64,000 nucleotides of DNA from an uncultured Acidobacteriota bacterium (lineage in GTDB: Bacteria; Acidobacteriota; UBA6911). Where the stretch lies: positions 640,001-704,000 of the forward strand of contig CAWEJX010000007.1 of the NCBI GenBank assembly GCA_963809485.1, written 5' to 3'. Made by a program: the position numbers and the translations under genes. Positions within the stretch are counted from its first letter, which is position 1. The number at the start of each line of letters is the position of its first letter. Of the stretch, positions 58,133-64,000 are shown piece after piece. The notes under the pieces were generated by a model. That model made no database searches, had not been told where the DNA came from, and saw only the letters and a program-made list of their open reading frames with translations.

Positions 58133-59250
58133 CAGGCGGTTTCGAACGGGAAGGAGTAGGGAAGCCCGAGTTCGTCGCGCATGACGCAGAGCTCTTTCTG
58201 GATCACCGGATCCACGGGGATGCCCTTGGCGGCGCGTTCCAGGCCGGCGAAATACTCCTTCTCGCCGCACGTGTAGATTCGCTCCGCCCCCGGGACCTTC
58301 CTGGCGGCGCGCAAAGCCCGTAGAATGTCCCCGGTGGTTTTTTTGAAAGCGTCGATATCCGTGAAGCACTCGATATCGATGGCCATGAAAAAGTGTCCCA
58401 GGGCATGGGGAATGGCCTTCCCCTGATCGTCGAAGCCGCTGAGCTGTTTCAGGAACGATCCCTGCTGCAGCGCCGCCGACAGAATTTCCACGACGGTGGC
58501 GAAGCCGTAGCCTTTGTAGCCGCCCGTTTCCTCGCCGAGGCCGCCGAGCGGGGTGAGAGCGCTGCGTCCCTTTATCAGGTCCTCCAGGATCTTGTTCGGA
58601 TCGGTTTCCGTCCGGCCCTCGCAGTCGATCACCAGGCCTTCCGGGCAGATCAGTCCTTCCCGGGCATACTGCTCGATTTTCCCGCGCTGGATGATGGAGG
58701 TGGCGTAATCGTTGGTGAATGCGAAAGGTTCGTCGGTGGGTATGGCGAAAACGAGAGGATTCGTCCCCAGCATGTTTTCCGTTGAGTGTGTCGGGGCGAT
58801 GGAGGGGCGCGCATTGGTTCCGGTCACTCCGATCATGCCCGCCCGGGCGGCCATGAGCGCATAGTGCGCCGCATAGCCGTAATGGGTGGAATTCCGGGCC
58901 GCCACCATGCCGATGCCGTGGACGCGGGCTTTTTCCATGGCCATTTCCATGCAGCGTTTGGCGATAACCATGCCCATGCCGTGGTGGCCGTCCACCACGG
59001 CTGCGGCTTTGCAGTCGCGGACAATCTCGAATTGGGTTACGGGTTTCTGTATTTTGCTTTTGGCGATGCGGTCGTAATAGATCAGCTTCATACGTCCGAC
59101 TCCGTGCGAGTCGATGCCGCGCCGGTCTGCGGCTATCAGGACGTCCGCGCACACCCTGGCATCGGCGTCCGGCACACCCACTCCTTTGAATACGTCTACG
59201 ATGAAGTCCTCCAACAAATCACAGGGTATCCACGATGTAGCACCGGTCAC
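58132..59250 (-). CDS. Ldh_2-family (malate/sulfolactate-type) oxidoreductase
   Basis: RGIDSHG, NSTHYG, GTNP, DYATS, GGYKGYG. Confidence 0.92.
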   Translation of the reverse strand: MTGATSWIPCDLLEDFIVDVFKGVGVPDADARVCADVLIAADRRGIDSHGVGRMKLIYYDRIAKSKIQKPVTQFEIVRDCKAAAVVDGHHGMGMVIAKRCMEMAMEKARVHGIGMVAARNSTHYGYAAHYALMAARAGMIGVTGTNARPSIAPTHSTENMLGTNPLVFAIPTDEPFAFTNDYATSIIQRGKIEQYAREGLICPEGLVIDCEGRTETDPNKILEDLIKGRSALTPLGGLGEETGGYKGYGFATVVEILSAALQQGSFLKQLSGFDDQGKAIPHALGHFFMAIDIECFTDIDAFKKTTGDILRALRAARKVPGAERIYTCGEKEYFAGLERAAKGIPVDPVIQKELCVMRDELGLPYSFPFETA

Positions 59251-59514
59251 TTTGCGCTCCTCACTGTTTCATCAGTCCCGCGAGGGAAGGAAGCTAGTAT
59301 AAAAGCGGAAAAGCATCCCCGGTGCAAGCAAAAGCTTCGGCGGCAAAAAATGCAACCCCGATGCAGACCGGAGCTGACGGGCCCCGGATTGAGTCGGAAT
59401 CAGGCGGCGGGACGCCGCGGACTCATTAAATGCTTGCAAATACTGATCCATGCATGGCACAAAGGCCAACACGTTGCTTCGATTCAGGACGGGTCCGAAT
59501 AAAGGGGAGGGTCA

Positions 59515-61095
59515 ATGGAAAAAGCAGGGCAACAAAAAGCGGAACCTGCCTATACGAAGAGGCAGATTTTCATGGCGCTGGCAACCGTGTTCCTGGTGCA
59601 ACTCGTCTACAGCTACTATATCCAGACCCCCGGCATCGCTGCGCCCAAAATGGCTGCAGATCTGGATGGGATGGCCCTCTACTCCTGGAGCGTTTCCATC
59701 CCCGGTCTGGGGCTGGCATTCGGGACGATTCTGGTAGGGAAGCTCTCGGATATTTACGGCCGGCGGTCTATGCTGCTTGTCTGCCTGATTATTTTCACCC
59801 TGGGCGCGGCACTCAGCGCGATCAGCCCGACATATATTTTTCTGATTGCCGCCCGGACTATTCTTTGCCTGGGCCAGGGAGCGCTTTCCCCGCTGGTCTT
59901 TTCGGTCCTGGGCGACATGTTCCCGCCGTCCGAACGAAGCCGTCTGGTGGGGCTGCTCAACATACCTATGGGAATCTTTGCCGTATTCGGTCCTACGCTG
60001 GGCGGATGGCTGACCGACACCATGAGCTGGCGCCACATCTTCTGGTGGGGAGTGCCGCTTCTGCTCCTCTGCTTTGTATTCCTCTTCGGGATGCCCGCGC
60101 TGGTACAGGGCGCTGCCCGCAAAATTGATATCCGCGGATGCCTCTGGATGACATTTGCCTCCTCCGCCCTGATCTTCGGTCTTTCATTTGCCGGCACGAC
60201 CTATCCCTGGGCCTCCGTCCAGGTTATCGGGCTGCTCGCATTATCATTAATCTTCTCGTTCTTCTTCATACGGGCCGAAGCAAAAGCAGCGGAGCCCATC
60301 CTGGATCTCCAGGTGCTGCGCAACCGCTCTTTCATCACCGTGTCGGGAGCCGGCCTTTTGTCCTTTTTCGGATCGATAGGCATCATGCTCTACTACCCGC
60401 TCCTCATGCAGGGCATCCAGGGCGTGAGCGCCATGAGAAGCGGGCAGATCCTGACTCCCTACGGAGTGCTTTCTTCCTTCATCGGGGTGCCGACCGGGTT
60501 TTTGCTTGCCCGTACGAAGCACTACAAATGGATGTATGTAATCGGTTACGCCATCATGGCCGCCGCCATGTGCGGCATGATCTTTTTCGATTCGGATACC
60601 TCCATTCTCTGGGGCCTGCTGGTGTGCACCCTCTCCGGTGTAGGACTGGGCGCCATCCCGACCATCAATACGCTCGTTGTTCAGTACGCCGTCCCCAAGC
60701 GGCTGCTGGGCGTAGCCATGGGCGCGCTCTTTTTCAGCATCTCCATGGGAGTCGCAGTCGCGCCCGCCATACTGGGTTCGGCGATGAACATGCAATACAA
60801 CAGCACGCTCAAAGCCTCCCTTCCTGCCGAATTGACCCGGATCGCCGACGATGCAACCATGACCTCCCTGGGCAATCCCAGGGTGCTCCTTTCCGAACCG
60901 GCGATGAAGGCGCTTCAGGAAATGCTCGGGAAAAGGGAAGGGGGGCAGCGGCTGTTCGAGCAGACCGTTCAGGCGATACGCGTGTCCATGGAAGCCGGGC
61001 TGAAAGCCGTCTTTATCATCGGCGCATTGACCATGGTGCTGGCCTTCCTACTGATTTGCACAGTGCCCGAGATCCCGATGGAAGACAAGAGCTGA
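59515..61095 (+). CDS. MFS transporter (DHA2-like, 14 TM)
   Basis: GKLSDIYGRR motif A, GPTLGGWL, many hydrophobic helices. Confidence 0.92.
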   Translation: MEKAGQQKAEPAYTKRQIFMALATVFLVQLVYSYYIQTPGIAAPKMAADLDGMALYSWSVSIPGLGLAFGTILVGKLSDIYGRRSMLLVCLIIFTLGAALSAISPTYIFLIAARTILCLGQGALSPLVFSVLGDMFPPSERSRLVGLLNIPMGIFAVFGPTLGGWLTDTMSWRHIFWWGVPLLLLCFVFLFGMPALVQGAARKIDIRGCLWMTFASSALIFGLSFAGTTYPWASVQVIGLLALSLIFSFFFIRAEAKAAEPILDLQVLRNRSFITVSGAGLLSFFGSIGIMLYYPLLMQGIQGVSAMRSGQILTPYGVLSSFIGVPTGFLLARTKHYKWMYVIGYAIMAAAMCGMIFFDSDTSILWGLLVCTLSGVGLGAIPTINTLVVQYAVPKRLLGVAMGALFFSISMGVAVAPAILGSAMNMQYNSTLKASLPAELTRIADDATMTSLGNPRVLLSEPAMKALQEMLGKREGGQRLFEQTVQAIRVSMEAGLKAVFIIGALTMVLAFLLICTVPEIPMEDKS

Positions 61096-61174
61096 GTGGA
61101 ACGTGGAAGGTGGAACGTTTCACGTTTAAACGTTCCAACGTTCCAACGTTTAACGTTCCACGTTCCACCTTCCA
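61096..61174. repeat. Palindromic array of 7-8-mers between convergent genes
   Basis: gtggaacgtggaaggtggaacgtt...aacgttccacgttccaccttccac forms a long imperfect hairpin. Confidence 0.75.
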
Positions 61175-61177
61175 CAG

Positions 61178-62464
61178 CTATTGGCGTTCGGCGATCGGCA
61201 CGTAGTGATTCTCCTGAGGGCCGTTGTAGACCTGGCGCGGACGGTAAATGCGGCCTCCGGCGCTCTCCATGATTTCCCTGAAGTTCGCGATCCAGCCCGG
61301 CAGCCGCCCGATAGCGAACATCACCGTGTACATGTTCAGCGGAATCCCTATCGCCCGCATGATGATGCCGCTGTAGAAATCGACATTGGGATAAAGCTTC
61401 CGCTCAATGTAATAAGGATCGCTCAGCGCCGCCTCTTCCAGCCGCTTGGCTATGTCCAGAAGCGGATCCTTTTTCTTGAGCACGGCGAGCAGTTCGTCGC
61501 ACTTCCTTTTGATGATCCGGGCGCGCGGGTCGTAATTTTTATAGACGCGGTGCCCGAAACCCATCAGCCGTTTGCCCTGGCTTTTGTCTTTTGCCTGCTC
61601 GATGAATTTCGAGCCGTTGTCGCCGGACTGGTGGATTTCGTTGAGCATTTCCAGCACGGCCTGGTTGGCGCCCCCGTGCAGGGGGCCCCAGAGGGCGCAG
61701 ACGCCGGCAGCCGTGCTCGCGAAAAGATTCGCCTCGCTCGAAGCCACCATGCGGACGGTGGAAGTCGAACAGTTCTGCTCGTGGTCGGCGTGCAGGAGAA
61801 AAATCAAATCCAGCGCTTGAACGATCTCCGGGCGCAATTCGTAGTCCTGGTAAGGCTGCGAAAACATCATATGCAGGAGATTGGCCGTATACCTGTAGGT
61901 GGGCTTCGGGTAGATGATCGGCAGCCCGAGGGACTTGCGGTACGAAAACGCCGCTATGGTCCGCACTTGTGCAATGATGCGTGCAGCCTGGACCGTGAAC
62001 AACTCATGCTCCGGCTCCTCCAGCACCTGGGGGAAGAAACACCCCGCCGCGTTGATCATGGCCGAGAGTATGGCCATGGGATGCGCCTGCGCGGGGAAAC
62101 CCTCGAAGTGAACCCTCATGTCCTCGTGCAGCATCTCGTTCCGGGTGAGGAGGGCCGAAAAATCGTTGAGCTCCCGGCTGGTGGGCAGCTTTCCCCAGAT
62201 CAGCAGATAGGCGGCCTCTATGAAGGTGGACCGTTCCGCCAGTTCCTCTATCGGGATGCCCCGGTAGCGAAGAACGCCTCTTTCTCCGTCGATGAATGTG
62301 ATGTTGCTGACGCAGGAGCCGGTATTCCCATAGCCGTCGTCCAGCGTAATATACCCGGTTTTATTGCGCAGCGTTGCGATGTCGATCGCATGCTCTCCTT
62401 CGGATCCAACGACCACCGGAAACTCGTATTCTTTCCCGTCCAGCTGCAATTTGGCTGTTGCCAT
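61178..62464 (-). CDS. gltA: Citrate synthase
   Basis: LHADHEQNCST, GPLHGGAN, GFGHRVYK, YPNVDFYSG, RPRQ. Confidence 0.96.
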   Translation of the reverse strand: MATAKLQLDGKEYEFPVVVGSEGEHAIDIATLRNKTGYITLDDGYGNTGSCVSNITFIDGERGVLRYRGIPIEELAERSTFIEAAYLLIWGKLPTSRELNDFSALLTRNEMLHEDMRVHFEGFPAQAHPMAILSAMINAAGCFFPQVLEEPEHELFTVQAARIIAQVRTIAAFSYRKSLGLPIIYPKPTYRYTANLLHMMFSQPYQDYELRPEIVQALDLIFLLHADHEQNCSTSTVRMVASSEANLFASTAAGVCALWGPLHGGANQAVLEMLNEIHQSGDNGSKFIEQAKDKSQGKRLMGFGHRVYKNYDPRARIIKRKCDELLAVLKKKDPLLDIAKRLEEAALSDPYYIERKLYPNVDFYSGIIMRAIGIPLNMYTVMFAIGRLPGWIANFREIMESAGGRIYRPRQVYNGPQENHYVPIAERQ

Positions 62465-62706
62465 GTGGCGCCTCCCCAGGAATAGGTTTTGTTTACCGCC
62501 TTTGAACAAGATACCAATAACGCCGGCCCGCGCAAAGAGCATCCGTCAGCCTGACATAAAGCCATAACGACTGCTTGCAATATATGCGGTCATCGTTCTC
62601 TACGCCTTCCGCACCTCGCTCGGCGGCCGCCCGCTCATCGCTGCACACCAACTCGACGATTGATGCCTCCGATATGACTTTCTAGCGGCATTGTGGCTAT
62701 TTAGTC

Positions 62707-62735
62707 TAGACTTTCTAACGGCCTGGCATTAAAAT
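62707..62735 (+). promoter_or_regulatory. sigma70 promoter for a leaderless transcript
   Basis: TAGACT-17 nt-TAAAAT, 6 nt before ATG 62742, with no SD sequence. Confidence 0.6.
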
Positions 62736-62741
62736 GACCGC

Positions 62742-63977
62742 ATGGAACGGATGCTGGCCGAACTCCTCGAAAAGGAGCACTTCGCGGCGCCGGCAGCAAG
62801 AATGGCCTTCGTGACAGGCCCCCGGCAATGCGGGAAGACCACACTCGCAAGAATGATGCAGGAGAAACGGGGCAGCGGGGACCTGTATCGAAATTGGGAT
62901 GATCTGTCGTTCCGCAAGGAACTGACTGCAGATCCCTATGGATTCATGGATGCCTATCGGCCGTTGCATCCGAAGCGGCCTCTTGCAGTGCTGGACGAAA
63001 TCCACAAGTTTCCCCGCTGGAAGATTTATCTCAAAGGGCTGTGGGACACCCGAAAAGACCGGGCGGATGTTCTGGTAACCGGAAGCGGAAGACTCGACAT
63101 CTATCAGCGGGGCGGCGACAGCCTGCTGGGCCGATATCATCAATACCGCCTCCACCCGTTGTCGCTGTCTGAAATCCTGGGCAAGAGGTTTTCACCCGAT
63201 CGCGATACATGGAGCCGGATCATGGAGCGCTTGACGAAATCTGCCGACGCGCCGAGCCGCGAAGCGCAGGAAGCGTTTGCGGCGCTTTTTCGCTTTGGCG
63301 GTTTCCCGGAGCCTTTTCTGGCCCAGAATCAGCGCCGGCATCGCCTGTGGTTGCGGGAGAAGCGGGAACTGCTTACGCGCCAGGATTTGCGCGACCTGAC
63401 CCGGATACAGTTGCTTTCCTCTGTCGAGCAGATGGTGGAATTGCTGATCCCTCGTGCCGGAAGCCTGCTGTCGCTCAATAATCTGCGCGCGGATTTAGGC
63501 GTCACTCTTGATTCTGTCCGGCTATGGATGGTTCAGCTCGAGAGACTCCATTACTGCTATCGCGTTTCTCCCTATGCAGGAAAGCTGGCGCGGTCGCTGC
63601 GCCGCGAACCCAAACTTTTCCTTCACGACTGGTCGGAGATCCCTGATGAGGGGAAACGTTTTGAGAATATGATGGCATCGGCACTTTTGCGCTGGCGCGA
63701 TTTTGCCCAGGATTGGGGGCAGGAGAAACTGGGCCTGCATTTTGTCCGGGATAAGGAAAAGCGAGAGGTCGATTTTCTTTTGACTCTTGACGGCAAGCCC
63801 CGGCTCCTGGTGGAAGCCAAGCTCAGCCACCTCCAGCCGTCTGCGGCCCTGCAATATTTCGCGCACCAGCTGGGAGGAATACCAAAGCTTATGGTTGTCG
63901 CTCATGCAAGCAATCCCGGAACTTCCGCCGGAGTGCTTGTCCTGCCGGCTTCCGTTTTCCTATCAGAAATTCCATAG
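62742..63977 (+). CDS. AAA+ ATP-binding protein (AAA_14 + DUF4143)
   Basis: GPRQCGKTT, LDEIHK, VTGS, GGFPEP, REVDF...VEAK. Confidence 0.9.
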   Translation: MERMLAELLEKEHFAAPAARMAFVTGPRQCGKTTLARMMQEKRGSGDLYRNWDDLSFRKELTADPYGFMDAYRPLHPKRPLAVLDEIHKFPRWKIYLKGLWDTRKDRADVLVTGSGRLDIYQRGGDSLLGRYHQYRLHPLSLSEILGKRFSPDRDTWSRIMERLTKSADAPSREAQEAFAALFRFGGFPEPFLAQNQRRHRLWLREKRELLTRQDLRDLTRIQLLSSVEQMVELLIPRAGSLLSLNNLRADLGVTLDSVRLWMVQLERLHYCYRVSPYAGKLARSLRREPKLFLHDWSEIPDEGKRFENMMASALLRWRDFAQDWGQEKLGLHFVRDKEKREVDFLLTLDGKPRLLVEAKLSHLQPSAALQYFAHQLGGIPKLMVVAHASNPGTSAGVLVLPASVFLSEIP

Positions 63978-64000
63978 CCATAGCCATGATTCATGGCCAT

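Noticed and set aside
57458-59152. 564-aa ORF as a long fusion with endonuclease III
   Set aside because: The N-terminal 340 aa are an alternate frame of the Ldh_2 gene; nth starts at 58132 (or 58117).
54767-62485. Long plus-strand ORFs opposite cysE, the PLP enzyme and gltA
   Set aside because: Antisense shadows typical of GC-rich coding DNA.
63973-64000. ccatag hexamer repeats at the window end
   Set aside because: Too short and truncated by the edge to interpret.

Overview
64 kb of a bacterial chromosome, probably from an anaerobic diderm. The PEP-CTERM protein, outer-membrane beta-barrel and basic coiled-coil protein suggest Acidobacteriota (inference only). Region 1-11.6 kb is a mobile-DNA graveyard: an integrase-core IS pseudogene, HicB, tyrosine-integrase, PNPOx and IS110 fragments, a zeta-toxin-like pair, and four copies of a ~245-bp TIR element with stuttered ends that bracket single genes. 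Region 8-48 kb is an accessory redox/catabolic collection: Mo xanthine-dehydrogenase-family subunit, W-AOR, two Tat flavoproteins, an AprAB-like pair, a glycyl radical enzyme, a carboxylesterase, a UGSC-like protein, a pentaheme cytochrome, DUF169 and SnoaL/NTF2 proteins. It is punctuated by five non-autonomous IS200/IS605-type palindromic elements. Six paralogous cupins are spread over 1.6-48 kb, and ten genes in the window carry twin-arginine signals, several on families that are normally cytoplasmic. Region 48-64 kb is more core-like (SSS transporter, cysE, nth, Ldh_2, MFS, gltA), and begins with a tandem pair of a secreted atypical kinase-like protein and a secreted Shewanella-like phosphatase. 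No rRNA, tRNA or CRISPR array was recognised. All family calls come from motif recognition by eye, not from database searches.
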